Made by a program: the position numbers and the translations under genes
Notes under the pieces: generated by a model
Databases searched by the model: none
What the model saw: only the letters and a program-made list of their open reading frames with translations
What the model was told of the DNA's origin: nothing
Source: Lingula anatina
Taxonomy: Eukaryota; Animalia; Brachiopoda
Reading direction: 5' to 3'
DNA: 64,000 nt
Assembly: GCA_051362555.1 (NCBI GenBank)
Contig: CM120645.1
Coordinates: 5,332,001 to 5,396,000 of the forward strand
Part shown: one piece after another, positions 1-12,341 of the stretch
Position numbering within the stretch: the stretch's first letter is position 1
How the letters are laid out: every line of letters begins with the position of its first letter

Positions 1-35
1 CCTGATGGGGGTGAGGAATGACATAGATGGCATAA
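1..35 (+). CDS. aGPCR exon (partial), LMGVRNDIDGI
   Basis: Open frame ending A|gtaagt; phase 1 matches the next exon (A+GA=Arg). Confidence 0.7.
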
Positions 36-3000
36 GTAAGTGACTGTAGCTGCTTAAAAGGCACATTTGGATCCCAAATGTTAGCCTACAATCATGATTT
101 ATGTCTAAATGGCAAGTTTATTACCAATTTCTGTATTACAAAATGTCTAAATGTTTTTGGGGCTTAGATAAGACTGTTAATATTCACTTTCTTGTGGGTT
201 GATTTTTGAATGGTTAAATTAAAACAATTTATGAGCAATTAGCCTACAGTAATGTAGTGGGTTTCGTGAGCTGTAATTGCATTATAGAAATCATTGTCAC
301 AGGGGCTTAAAACTAGCTAGGACCAATATACACAGCTGAAGTTACAGGGTCCTGTAGATTCTTTGTAAAACACATCTTAGCCAGCTAAAATGCTCTGCAG
401 TCTTTTGACCATCTTTAGACTGATTTTAAACTGTCTGTAGTCATTTTGTGAAATGGACCCCACAGTACCAACTTTGAGCATTTCTTTAATGTTGTATTTT
501 TACACCAACATTAATTTTATTTTCCGTTTTCCCTTTTTTTATCAGGAGATAAAAGGTTCTGGACAGGCATGCGCTTGACGTCAGAACCAACCAGGGAAAA
601 ATTCATCTGGGAAGGACAGTTCCCCCACCCTGTTAATTACACTTATCATCGTATATGGCAATGGGGACAGAACCAGCCGCTCCCTCTGCATGGGCGGTGT
701 GGAGTAGGGACGGTGCTGCAGTACGGTTTCCGGTTTCCTTTGATCAACGTGACAACACAGAAGTGTGATACAGAGCTACCGTCAGTGTGCGCTAATACTG
801 CAGTGCAGGCAGAGTTACTGGAAGGTATACTGCTGATGGTTATAATTGTTGGTTACATGCTTTCTGATTTTTCCTTGCATCAGCATCATCATAAGCATTG
901 TTACCATCATAATGAATTCTCTTTATCAGTATTACAAGAAACAAGCTCTCAAGATGAATATGACTAATTTGAAACAGTTAAAAGATATGTCGTCATTGCA
1001 CATTTTCAAACAGATATGCTTCCTCCTCCACCCCCCCCCCCCACCCCCCCACCCCCCATTGGAGTCCAGAAGGACATGCAAGATATGTACTTTAGCAAAA
1101 TAAATTAAAAACTCTATTTTTTTACTTTTGTATTTCAGGTTTCGGATGCCCTGATGGCTGGAAGGGCTCACACGTCCTGGATAAATGTTTCAAATTCGTG
1201 GCCACGCCCAGCACCTATAGGCGAGCCAGCCGGGAGTGTACCTCCAGTGGGGGAAGGTTGTATATTCCTACATCCCAGTTTGAAAGGGAGTTTGTGTTTG
1301 CTGAATTCATGCTGAAAGAAGGTAGGTGTTCAGTTTTTTTACTTGTAATGGCTTGTTTTTCATATTTTGAAAATATGAATTTTTCGAAATGACCCACTTT
1401 TTCAGACAAACGATATTGAGTGTATTTATTGTAAATTGGCCTTGGAATTCGACAGATTGATGTAGTTTATTTTCATTAGATGTCTGCTATAATAGAGGAT
1501 GAGTGCCTGCAAAGCTCAAATCTGTTGTTTGAAGGCCTAAGGCTTACAGTATTTAAGGTTGATTTTTATGGCCAAGAAAGTCTTCATTTTTTTTTCTTTG
1601 TTCTAATTTCAGTGCAATATGCAAGAGTTGGGGTTCAGTGCACCAATTCCACGGGGTCCTGCAATATGGCCAATGGACAGAGAAAAAATATTGCAGACCT
1701 TTTTGCCACTATAGGATTGTCAGGAAATGAAGATTATTTCAACGAAGAAGAATATGTACTGCCCACTGTCTCGGAAAGGCCAGATACGTTTTGCCTAGCT
1801 TTCAGGCAGTCAGTTTCCCTAGGAGAAGGTCCATCTTCAAGTGTGTCCTACTTTGAATCAGAGTGTGAAGATCAGTTGCCATACATATGCGAGATGGACT
1901 CCCAAATACCTGGTAGGTTGTACTTTATGAAGTATATTAACTAATTAGGTCCACCAGACCGAACTTTAAGCATCGCCCTGAATTCTAATAGCCTATCTGC
2001 TGCGCTCCTTTTTTAAAAAAGCACGATCATTCATCATTCATCAAATTTTCTAGTCAAACTGTAAAAATTTAGCTGATACAAGCAGAAATTTATGTAGTCT
2101 ATAGTTTAAAGTTGCTTGCTCTGATTAAAAATATTCTCTGTCAGAAATAGTTACTTAAACATTAAGTTTCAAGAAAAAATAGTTTGCTGATTTAGAGAAG
2201 ACATTTATATGTTTATCCTATTAAATTTTATTATAATTCTTATTTAATTTGCTTCCAGAATCCAAAGTATCCATATCACTTCCTGTTTACAACAAGACAA
2301 GCCAAACCCTAAGTTACAACCTCTACGGCTTTGACGAAGGAACTCCAGTGACGTTTATCAAAGATGGATTGGTTAACCTGAACAAGAAGGTGGTTATTGC
2401 CAATTCTGCAGTGGTTTATCCTTTAGAATTCTCACAGCAACAGCAGCAGGAGAGCTCCTGGCCCTTGGCCATTGGTGATCACCAAGGATATTATAGCATT
2501 CGAGTTTGGGGAAAGAAGCCTTACGCAGCATATAACTCCAGGAAATATCTGGTCAGAGATGAAAGTAAGTGACAAAAAAAAAAAATAATAATAATAATAA
2601 GTAAAGTAAATAAATTATTCAATTGATAAATGATATTAATTTTTAAAATTGAAATTAACAAAACTTTTGTGTGAAATATATCTGTCATTAAAACTAATAA
2701 TTTTTGCATGCTTTTTTCCTGCAGCTAGATCTAAATAGTGTCTGCATTAAATTTTTCACAAGATGAGTTTTTAGATCATAGTAGTCAAGGCCAGCATGCA
2801 TTTCTTAATTTGCCATCTAACAACTTAAAAGAGAAATTCAAATTGTCGCGCACCCTCTTGTAATTAACAGTAGATGTCTGTATCACAGCTAATGTTTGAG
2901 ATGACCACTTGCAATTTGACCCGGGTCAGTGATAGTCCAGACTGGCAAATAATTAATATAGAATTAATTAAAATATAGATCTATTTGGCCCAAATTACCA

Positions 3001-6000
3001 TGATTATGATACCTTGATTCCAATTTACACTGTAGTTTCTCTCTCTCCTTTCCAACAGACATATACACCATAACGGGCACCCTGAAGGCCCTGAAACTAG
3101 GGGGTTCCCCAAGGCAGTACACGGAGCCCCTGTTATTTGTGTCTGGAGAGTACAGTAACCCAGGGTCCGCCGTGGCACAGATGTATACCACCATACAGAA
3201 CATAGGCCGGGGAGTGTCCACAGCCTGGAGACTGGCCGGAACTAGGTACCAGGCCAATGTGGATATGAAGCTGACTGGACTAAGGTAATAATTTGTCTGT
3301 TTCTCTGTCTGTCTATCATCTATCCTGGCTTTACCTTCCTAATTATTTATACTTATATCTGTCAATATGTATATATATTTTTTCTTTTCTGTTGAAAAAT
3401 GTTAATTATTAATTGTATATGTATGCACATTTTTATCTCTTGAAAAATTTTAAATATTTTCTGCTTGTATTTTTTTTTGTGTATTGGCTTGCATATGTAT
3501 GTAAAGTATGTATGACGAATTTTAAATTTTATTCCAATTGATAAAAATCAGCACAACTTGATTTATAATGACAACTGCATTAATTGTTGCTTTTGACATA
3601 TAAATTGTTATTTTAAAAACTTGCAATTTAACAGAGAAGAAGAAGAAGGGTAAGAGACTACTGCGTGTAACTGTGTGTCACTTTCTTAGTATTTTGTATT
3701 GTCTGTATTAATACTAACCATAACTTTCATTTACAAACTTTGTGCTGTAATAAATTTCTCTCATTTCTTTAAATTTACACTGTTATTTGCCAATAACATT
3801 ATTTAAGAAACATTTCAATTCAAAATGGTCAAAAATGTGATCTCATAGTTGCTGCATGAGTATAGAAGCTTTATTTATTGTCTAAAATTCTTTATTGTCT
3901 AAAATTAAAGCTAACTGGTTTAAAACAGCTACCCTGTTTGAACAGGACGATTTTCAGTTTTTACTTATCAACAAAAGATATTTGCGGAGATAATGTTAAT
4001 TTCCCTAAGCATGTTTAGATAACTAATACACCTTTGTCTTCCTAAGTGTGATATTATTTAATAGTATTCTTTGAATTTTTGTAGTTAATTTTTCATCTTG
4101 ATGCAGGAACATTGATCTGTTTACATTATCTCATTATATGAATAATTTAAATTATTGCATTCATTTCAAGTTATAGCATTAAGGAAATGAAAGAAAATTG
4201 AATGTGTCACTGTTTTAGGGTGATTTGAAACATTTTATACAGGAGATTTGTTGGCTGTAAATTTAGTCTTTTTTGTTGCAGATTAACATCATTGTTATCT
4301 GTCATAGTATTTATAGTTGTTTGTATTTACAATTAGGAATGATTTGTTTATTTTAGTTAAAGTAGTTGCATGAAAATTATCCCAAGTTTCAGATGTGATG
4401 CTTTTTCATCTCCAAATTTCAATCTTCATCTGTATACTTTAACAATTCAGCATGTGTGAAAATTTGAAAGTGAAGAAGCCTTCAGATCTGAAAGCCAGTC
4501 TGATGAAAATTGGACCTTTATTAATTTTGTCATATGGTAGTCTAATGTTTGTTTTATTTTTAATTTATTACCATAACATTTTCTTTCATCTATTTTTTGA
4601 AATTTCAGAGTGATTTTAGAGTTGGTTTTCTTTTAAATGTCATAAATGCAATAGAAATTGGCATGATGGAACACCGATACATAATGGAAAAGACAAATTG
4701 AATATATTTTATTATCTCTATTTTCATTTTTAAAAATCATTAGTTATATTTATAAATTCACAATTAAAATGGCAAAGTTGGCAGCATGTTTACTTAGGTA
4801 TTTGTTAGCTGCTAAAATAATTTACCATGTAGAAAATTAACTTATTCATAAATAACACAGTGCGATTCATAATTGATTTACAAAAATTAATTACATCTTA
4901 ATGTTATTTGATATTTTTCTCTTAAATTAGTTTGTTAACAATTCTTATTGGTACAGATATCAATCAGTATTAATGACCAGCAGCTGTCTCCTCTGTAATA
5001 TTTATTGTAAGCTCTGTACTATGAAGAGACTGGCATAAACTATTGACAATTATCTGCATTGGAAAATGATTGATTTTCATTAGTTTGACTTAAAATACTT
5101 TAAAATTATTCAGAATTTTATATTGAAATTGCCAACCTTGATACTTTATTCTGCTCAAAATCTGCAGTTAGATTACTAAACTCATAATTTATCATTCAAT
5201 AATTACACAATTAAATGTTTGTATGAAGTTACTCTCATGTTTCTTTTAAATTTCCTACACAGGACAAAGCAGTGTATTATAATATTCCTTTCCATGTGTG
5301 CTTCGATAGATTTAACCCTACATGGTCTCCTTCCTATTTTCCAGGTACGTCAGCACAGGTGGTCTACTAGCAGACTTCAGGGCCTATATCACACTTAACA
5401 GAGCTTCTGAATCAGCAGTCAGTGCTCTTCGTCAGGCAAGACAAGTTTCTCCAATTACTGTGGAGATAGAAGATAATAAGGTTGTGCAGAAGTTGGAAAG
5501 TGCACTTTCTGATGTTGTAGAGCAGTATGGGTTCATTGGTTCCAGTGTTGTGCTACGAAGCACCAGTAAGTAAATTCCAAATAGTCAAAAAGTCAACTTT
5601 ATTAATTGAGGGGAAAAATGCTAAATATAAAATTTATCTTTCCTCTCAATCTGAGCCTTCTATACTTTTTTAAAGATTTAAAGCTGATACATGTAGATGA
5701 TTAATTTCTTGCAATAATGATGACAATAAACAGGCAAAAAACTGTAAATTCCTAGTCCCAGATATTATTCAATTTTTTTGCAAACAAGGCAAAGAATCAA
5801 AACAGAAAATTGCATTTGCAGTGACACTAAATCAGAACCAGTAAATGAATATATTAATTTATTTATTCAAAATGCTTCTCTGAGTTGAATTTTGTTGATT
5901 CAGTATTCTACAAGACAGTAACTTTACTGAAACAATTTCAGTATCTTGCCCTAAAGAGGTAGTTCTCATGCCCAGTGGAGTGCGCGTCACCTTCCCAGTC

Positions 6001-8423
6001 ACAGACATTGGAGAGGTGGCAGTCAGCATGCAGAGATGCTTGGACGGTAAGTTTTTTTTCATATTTTTGATACCAAATGTTTTTCTTATGTTTACACATT
6101 TGATGTTCTTCAGACATAAGCCAGTGTTTTGCATTTTGGAGGTCATTGTTAAAACGACTGAGTTTATGTCAGACTTAGTTCAAATTTTACCCCAGATATA
6201 TATAATACAAGGATGGATGTTATTTTAAGTAATGATGAAAAGTTATATACTTTAAATTGAGCTCCAACAAAGTTTTACTGAAAACTTTATTTCAAATGAC
6301 TGCAAGTAGACAAGTTTTTAACATAAGATTTTTTTTTTTAATTTAGCAATCTAGATATTATAATTTAATACATTACAGAAAAAGTGATTCATCATAATAA
6401 ATATAATATATGATCAAGATCCAGGTGACAATAAAAAATCAATTGTGACCTAAGGCTTTGTATTTCATATCCAGTGTTATTTTGTTTTAAAGCCTTGTCC
6501 CTTTAGCATATTTTATAGTTGAGTGTGCCATACCTGCTGTAATCAAACAATTTGTATGTCTTTGATTTCTATAAGAATCTGGCATACCCCTTGGTACAAG
6601 ACCTTGTCAAGGCAACTTCACCTATGGTGCTGATTGGGGAGTGGTCACCTTAAATTGTCAGGTGAAAGTATCCAGTCTCACACCAAAACTAGGATTACTG
6701 GCAAATGTAAGAAACCTAAATTATTTTAAAGTTTTTCATTATCCTCTAGGTTTTTCTGTTTAATTGCACACTCAAGTTGTCAAGTCAAGAAAAAAATTTA
6801 AAAGGTAGCTGCATGTTCAGTTTGTTTTTTTTTTTAATCATGTGAAGTATCATACTGCCATAAAGCTAAAAATTTTACTCTTCATTTGTAGATTAACACA
6901 ACTGCAGACAATGTAGTAGAAATTGTCAGCAATGCGGCCAATCTTACCGAGGAAAATGGAACTGAGCTCACGTCAACAGATATTATCTACACCTCCCAAA
7001 TCATAGATGCTGTGTCTGAGGTGGAAAATGTCACTGACGAGGTAGAGGGCAGTTTGACTTTCAGAGAGAATGTTTATCAATTAAAGAACTTCTCAGTCCC
7101 CCCCCCCCCTCCTCCAAAAAAAAAAAAAAATGAATAAAGCCAAGAAAAGTGAAAATAGCCAGATTGATAAATACAGTGAATAAATAGATAAGTAGATGAT
7201 TCAGAATTGGTAATTTTTTAAAGAAAGAATTTCCCTTTAAAATTTTCAATTTTTTTTTTCTTCTTCAAAAATGAGAATTGAAGAATGGTAAGAATGATGT
7301 TATTTGCACTTGTTTTTTTATCTCTGATATTCCCAATGGCAGCAGCTCTGTCATATTTGCTAAGATTGAAATTGATACAGTAGGCTGTCTTGTTTTACAG
7401 CAGTAACTTACCATGTTAAATTCAACCACCATGTGTTAAATTTTTCTGTACAGATTGGTGTGGATCTGTTGAGAACTGTGAATAATGTCCTCCGTTCTGG
7501 AAGAAGAAATATTGCAGTTGCCCAAAGATTTGATAACTCCTCATCAAGGTTGGTGACAAATATCTTACTAAGATTCTTCTTCTTACTTAGGTTTCACTGC
7601 ATTGTATTTGCAGGAGTTGTAGATTTAAATGAGAAAAAATTGGATGATATGAATATATGGTTTAAATAGTATACATTTGAAACCATCCTTGGAAGTGGTG
7701 TCAGTATTGTTGATATGTATGACATAAACTTTTGTACAGAAATAGTAACTGATCACATAGACAGGAGATTGAACATGTCAGAAGTCATCTTTTGGGTCTT
7801 GCAGAAAATGGTCAGAATTTTTTTGAGTTTACATGATTACTACCATCTAATTTTTTTCTTTTTTGTTGTTGTTGTTGGAAGATGATCAAAAATGGAGGAT
7901 GGTTCAACAAAGATAATTTGGAAGACTGTCAGAAAATATCTCTGGATCCACCTCTGCATGTATGCATATAATCTCATTACAGGATAACAGGCGCACTTGA
8001 AAGATTTGCCAGAAAATTTAAATTGAGAGGCAGAAAGAAAAAGCGGTTTGTTCGCCCGAATGTTGCCATTGAAATTTGGGATGTCGATCCCAATGATCCT
8101 GTGATTGGTCTGCAAAGTAGGATGGGGCAAGGGAACGGGGAACTTAACAACAACGATCTCAGCACCATATATGGAGCCAATACCTCTGGTATCGATTACT
8201 CTGAGACAGATGCTGCCATTATTTTGCCCAAAGAGATATTTGACAGAGGTGAGTATGAAAATTAACTAATTCAGAATCAGTTGCTTTTTTTAGTTAGCTC
8301 TGCAGCATAATTTGATATAAAAATCTGGAATTTGTTTAAGATGTAGAAGTTCTGTAGGTGGCATAATAGCTGTGGTCTGCCCTGTGTTTGATATATTTGA
8401 GGATGGAGTGTCAAAGTTCCAAA

Positions 8424-8475
<52 letters not shown>

Positions 8476-11400
8476 ATATTTAAGTTCTGTTGTCATAATT
8501 TGATAAATTGCCCTCAATAGTTTTGCTCAAATTTAAAAGTATGGTTATGACTCACTCTTTTAGATGGGCAAAAATTATCAACTTCCAGGTACAAATAATA
8601 TTTCTATATGGCATTTGTGGTGCTTTTATAGAGTCACCTCCTTTTTAATTTTGTTGCTCTCACTCAATTGGAATGTTCTAATTCTTAGAAATAATTAAGT
8701 ACCGTACCTTACTTTTACACAGACCTACATATCTCTCTCTCTCTCTCAAAAAAAAAAAAAAAAAAAAAAACGTAATAAGGATTTTTATGGTTTCCCTTAA
8801 AGGATTTTTTCATTTTATTTTCAGACAGTAAAACCAGTCGGGTGACTTTCACTGTGTACCAGGAGTCCTCATTCTTCCTGAGCCAGCAGGAACTGAATAG
8901 TAGTGTTCAATTTGACAGTATTCACACCTCCAATAGCAGGGTGGTGGCTGCTGCAGTGGGAGGGAAACAAATTAAGGGACTCCAACAACCAGTAGTTACT
9001 GTGTATAAGCCACTGAAGGTAAGGGCTATCTTCTTGTGCTTTATCTTTTTGGGTAAGTTCTTGCCTCAACAAAAATTAAAATCATACAAAAGTTCATGCT
9101 GTTCAAGTAGAGATAATAGATATTGTTCTAGAGAATTGATGTTGACGTAATGTTGAAAATTTCATTTTTGAAAACACAGGAGTTAGAACCTGTCAGTGTT
9201 TGTAATGGGATCATATACTCCACATTTCAGAATTTCTCAGATTCCTACCAGTTCAACAACACAGTGTGTGAGTTTTGGGACTTCTCACTGAATGGTGGTT
9301 TTGGTGGGTGGTCAAGCGACGGGTGTACTTACCAAGGGATGAAAAATGGCCGCTATGTGTGCCACTGTGACCACTTGACTAACTTTGCTGTGCTTGTGGT
9401 GAGTGAGGTTTGCAGGTTTTGTTCTCATGTTTTCCTTTTTACAATAGAAGGTCATGGGAATTAATTCTTATTTATTTTAATTTGTCAAAAAATTGCAAGT
9501 TGGAACATTGCATTGAGTATCAGAAAGTGGCTATGGAGTACCAATCTCGTGTTGTTTTCTGGATTTTGATTTTTTGTCAATTTTTCTTTCACTTGATAAT
9601 GCTTTCCAGGACCTCTTTTATTTAGTCAAGGCAAAATTTTCATTATTCAATATCATGTTTTCTGGATTTTTATAAATTTTTTCTGACACTATTTTTCTAT
9701 CACTTGATAATGTTTTCCAGGACCTCTATGGTCAAGAGAATGGAATCCACGAGGAAAACAAGCTTGCCCTGAGTATCATCACCATTATTGGACTGTCACT
9801 CTCAATAGCAGGACTCAGCATGGTCATATTGACCTTTATATGCTTTAAGTGAGTGAACAACTCAAAATAGCCAGGCCATTAAAGATGGGCTGTCCTTATT
9901 TTTCCTCAAGTATCGAGTTTGTAATCTTTGGGAAATGTCTTCAGCCTGTTAGCATGGTTTGAATATTGGATGGTAGTATTGGAAATTGAATAATATTACA
10001 GTTACTATTCTGTCTTTGTAATGGGAATCAGTTGTGTTCCAGTGCAGGTTTTGATGATGTAAAGTACGAGAGTTGTTACACTATTTTTAGGTAAAGAAGT
10101 ACAGTGAAAATGTATAGTTTTGATTCATTGCAGTATCTAAATTCACACAATTGAAAAATGCCATGCCCTTCACATTTGAGGGGGTTTGTTACAAACTATT
10201 CTCTGAAGCAAATCTGGTCAAAACATGTTAATTCATAACTAAATTTTTTCAGGAAATTACGTCAGGGACGAACACAGCAGACTTTGTTCAACCTGGCCCT
10301 TGCCATCTTGTGTAGCAACATCATATTTCTGGCAGGAATTAATCAGACCCAGTCTTATGCAGGCTGTATTGCTGTAGCAGTACTCCTCCATTATTTCATC
10401 TTGGCATCTTTTATGTGGATGTTGGTTGAGGCCATTTTGCAATACTTGGATTTTGTCAAAGTTCTTGGAACATACATCTCTAAATTTATCCTTAAGGCAG
10501 CAATTCCTGCATGGCGTGAGTATGGGACATTGTCCTTTTATTTCATTATAATTATATATATGAGTCAACAAAGATTATTGCAAAAATGGTTATGTCTGTT
10601 AAGCATGAAGGTTAAAGTTAAATGTTTAAAATGTGTGTCATGTGTCCCGTTGGCCATTGCTCTTGGTCTTGTCTTGTTCAGGACAGCATTTGTTGCACAA
10701 GCAATTCTATTATAACAAGTTGATATTGTATTTCTGTAAGTGTGAATGCATGGACAACCTGGGTATACTGTAGGTTAACACTTTAAACAATAGTAACATT
10801 ATTTTAATCAATTTAAAACTAAATTTTTATGCTAAATCAGCAGTTCTGGATTGAGAATAAAAAAAAAAGTAACATATAATTTTCTTTGCCAGATTACAAC
10901 ATTCTCATTGATTTGATTAAAGTTTACTCTGGAGTGTCTCCACTGTATGTTACATATTGCACTAGCCTGCTTATATAATGCACTAGTTGTATGTGTTCCT
11001 CACCATACCATTGCTTTCAGTGATTCCTGCCATAGCATGTGCTGTTGTCCTGGGTATTGATGTGGATCTGTATAAAGGAGGGGAAGAATAGTAAGTTACA
11101 ACTATAATAATTATGATGGTTAAAATGTTTAGGGTTTTCTATAAGCTAATTAATGGTGTTATCATGCTAGTTTGGCAGTTGAGTCTGTCTTTATTTTGTA
11201 TGAATTTGTACTTCAGTTCATATTGCTTTTGCTGTGATCACGACTTTTTGTAGTATTCTGTGAAAAATAAAACATAATGGGCATTTTAAAGTGAAATGCT
11301 GAAATAATTTGTAATTGAAGTAGAATCCCAGTGTATGTGTTTGATGTCTGCTGATGCCCTCAGCTCAAATCGCATCATATTTACTCTGAATTGATAAATC

Positions 11401-12341
11401 ATGTGGAAATATCCAGTTTCCAATATGTCTATTCTTACCAGTTGCTCTCAGTCGGATATTTGACACCTAAGGGAGAATTTCAGATACTCAGTTTGTTAAG
11501 TAATTTTTCAAAGGACCATTCTTCAGTATTTGTCAGTCAAAAACTGCTTGATATATAAACATAAGAATAACAATTTTTTCTCGTATTTTTCAGCTGCTGG
11601 ATGAAGACTACAGCTTTCTATTATTCCTTCCTTATCCCAGTTGGTACCATCATACTTGCCAATACCATTATCTTTATACTGGTGATCAAAGGGCTGACCT
11701 GTGATAGGCCCAAAAATATCCGCACCAACCAGTCCAAGCACAAAGTTGCCATGGTCCATCTGAGAGCTGGGATATGCTGCTTTGTTGTATTAGGTTAGTT
11801 ATCCATCAACATTTTTTGAGACAGTTGGTGGATTGTCTGAGTGGAGGAAAAGAGTCAGTTAGTTTCTAGGACGCAGGACCAGATACTATTAGTGAGATTA
11901 TTGTATGAGATTTATAATTGATTTTGAACATAAAACCATCCATTGAATTACACAGTTTAACACTTCATATTTTTCGCGATTTCAGGATTGACTTGGGTTT
12001 TCGGTTTCTTTGCCATCGCAGATGCACGCCTAGTCTTCCAATACCTCTTCTGCATTTTCAACGCCATTCAAGGCTTCCTCATCTTTATCTTCCACAATAT
12101 CCGTGAGCCTCGCGTTCGTGAGGCCTGGCAACGCCTCTGCTGCAAGAAACAACACAGGAGAGAGAAATACGAAAAAGCTAACATGGTTTCTTCCAGTAAT
12201 AATACCAACAGCAATGGCGATGGGAGCAGCACACCGAGAAGATCCAGTAATGCAAATACAACCAGCACCGGCTATACAACAGACAGCTCCGGGTATACTG
12301 AGCTTCAATACAAGAACCATGCTTACAACGGTGGAAACTAG
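1..12341 (+). CDS. Adhesion GPCR (family B2, ADGRG-like 7TM) with CTL-like, Ig-like, SEA-like, HRM and GAIN/GPS ectodomain; 5' end lies outside the window
   Basis: 19 exons join in one open frame with GT-AG boundaries and matching phases: <1-35, 546-824, 1139-1321, 1613-1912, 2259-2564, 3059-3284, 5345-5565, 5942-6046, 6576-6706, 6892-7041, 7454-7548, 7983-8248, 8825-9018, 9231-9398, 9721-9848, 10253-10515, 11021-11090, 11594-11793, 11986-12341 (about 1220 codons). GPS motif CEFWDF..GGWSSDGC..CHCDHLTNFAVLV; 7TM motifs LLHYFILASFMWMLVEA, YCW, LGLTWVFGFF, FNAIQGFLIFIFH. Confidence 0.93.
546..824 (+). CDS. aGPCR exon: C-terminal half of a C-type lectin-like domain
   Basis: Polypyrimidine tract plus atcag acceptor, gtatac donor; FWTGM..FIWE..W..NQP..C..CDTELPSVC. 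Confidence 0.88.
1139..1321 (+). CDS. aGPCR exon: N-terminal half of the next C-type lectin-like domain
   Basis: tttcag / gtaggt; CPDGW..DKCFKFV..TYRRASRECTSSGGRL..EREFV. Confidence 0.9.
1613..1912 (+). CDS. aGPCR exon: C-terminal half of the second CTL-like domain
   Basis: tttcag / gtaggt, 300 nt, phase 1-1; ends CEDQLPYICE. Confidence 0.88.
2259..2564 (+). CDS. aGPCR exon: degenerate Ig-like domain
   Basis: ttccag / gtaagt, 306 nt, phase 1-1; VTFIKDG and HQGYYSI motifs. Confidence 0.85.
3059..3284 (+). CDS. aGPCR exon (SEA-like region, part 1)
   Basis: Pyrimidine tract plus caacag, gtaata donor; GC-richer open frame, phase 1-2. Confidence 0.85.
5345..5565 (+). CDS. aGPCR exon (SEA-like region, part 2)
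   Basis: ttccag / gtaagt, phase 2-1; YVSTGGLLADFRAYITL..GSSVVLRST. Confidence 0.85.
5942..6046 (+). CDS. aGPCR exon: hormone-receptor motif (HRM), part 1
   Basis: tttcag / gtaagt; CPKE..VTFPVTDIGEVAVSMQRC. Confidence 0.88.
6576..6706 (+). CDS. aGPCR exon: HRM, part 2
   Basis: AAG acceptor, gtaaga donor; GTRPCQGNFTYGADWGVVTLNC. Confidence 0.85.
6892..7041 (+). CDS. aGPCR exon: GAIN subdomain A
   Basis: ttgtag / gtagag, phase 0-0; TADNVVEIVSNAANLT..LTSTDIIYTSQII. Confidence 0.88.
7454..7548 (+). CDS. aGPCR exon: GAIN subdomain A
   Basis: gtacag / gttggt; LLRTVNNVL..AQRFDNSSSR. Confidence 0.87.
7983..8248 (+). CDS. aGPCR exon: GAIN
   Basis: ttacag / gtgagt; ITGALERFA..PNVAIEIW..AAIILPKEIF. 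Confidence 0.9.
8424..8474. repeat. (ATT)n microsatellite, intronic
   Basis: Direct reading. Confidence 0.95.
8825..9018 (+). CDS. aGPCR exon: GAIN subdomain B
   Basis: tttcag / gtaagg; RVTFTVYQESSFF..NSRVVAAAVGGKQIKGLQQPV. Confidence 0.9.
9231..9398 (+). CDS. aGPCR exon: GPS motif with HL|T autoproteolysis site (9372-9380) and Stachel
   Basis: tttcag / gtgagt; CEFWDFSLNGGFGGWSSDGC..YVCHCDHLTNFAVLV. Confidence 0.95.
9721..9848 (+). CDS. aGPCR exon: TM1
   Basis: ttccag / gtgagt; ALSIITIIGLSLSIAGLSMVILTFICF. Confidence 0.92.
10253..10515 (+). CDS. aGPCR exon: TM2-TM4
   Basis: tttcag / gtgagt; LFNLALAIL..CIAVAVLLHYFILASFMWMLVEA. Confidence 0.94.
11021..11090 (+). CDS. aGPCR exon: end of TM4 and ECL2
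   Basis: tttcag / gtaagt; LIPAIACAVVLGIDVDLYKGGEE; phases fit both neighbours. Confidence 0.9.
11594..11793 (+). CDS. aGPCR exon: TM5-TM6
   Basis: tttcag / gttagt; YCWM..FLIPVGTIILANTIIF..CFVVLG. Confidence 0.93.
11986..12341 (+). CDS. aGPCR terminal exon: TM6-TM7 and Ser/Thr-rich tail
   Basis: tttcag acceptor; LTWVFGFFAI..QYLFCIFNAIQGFLIFIFH..VREAW; stop TAG. Confidence 0.94.

Noticed and set aside
345-461. Possible MITE end (ttttgtgaaatggacccc), with similar relics near 48030 and 57181-57300
   Set aside because: Partner TIRs are too degenerate to define boundaries by eye.
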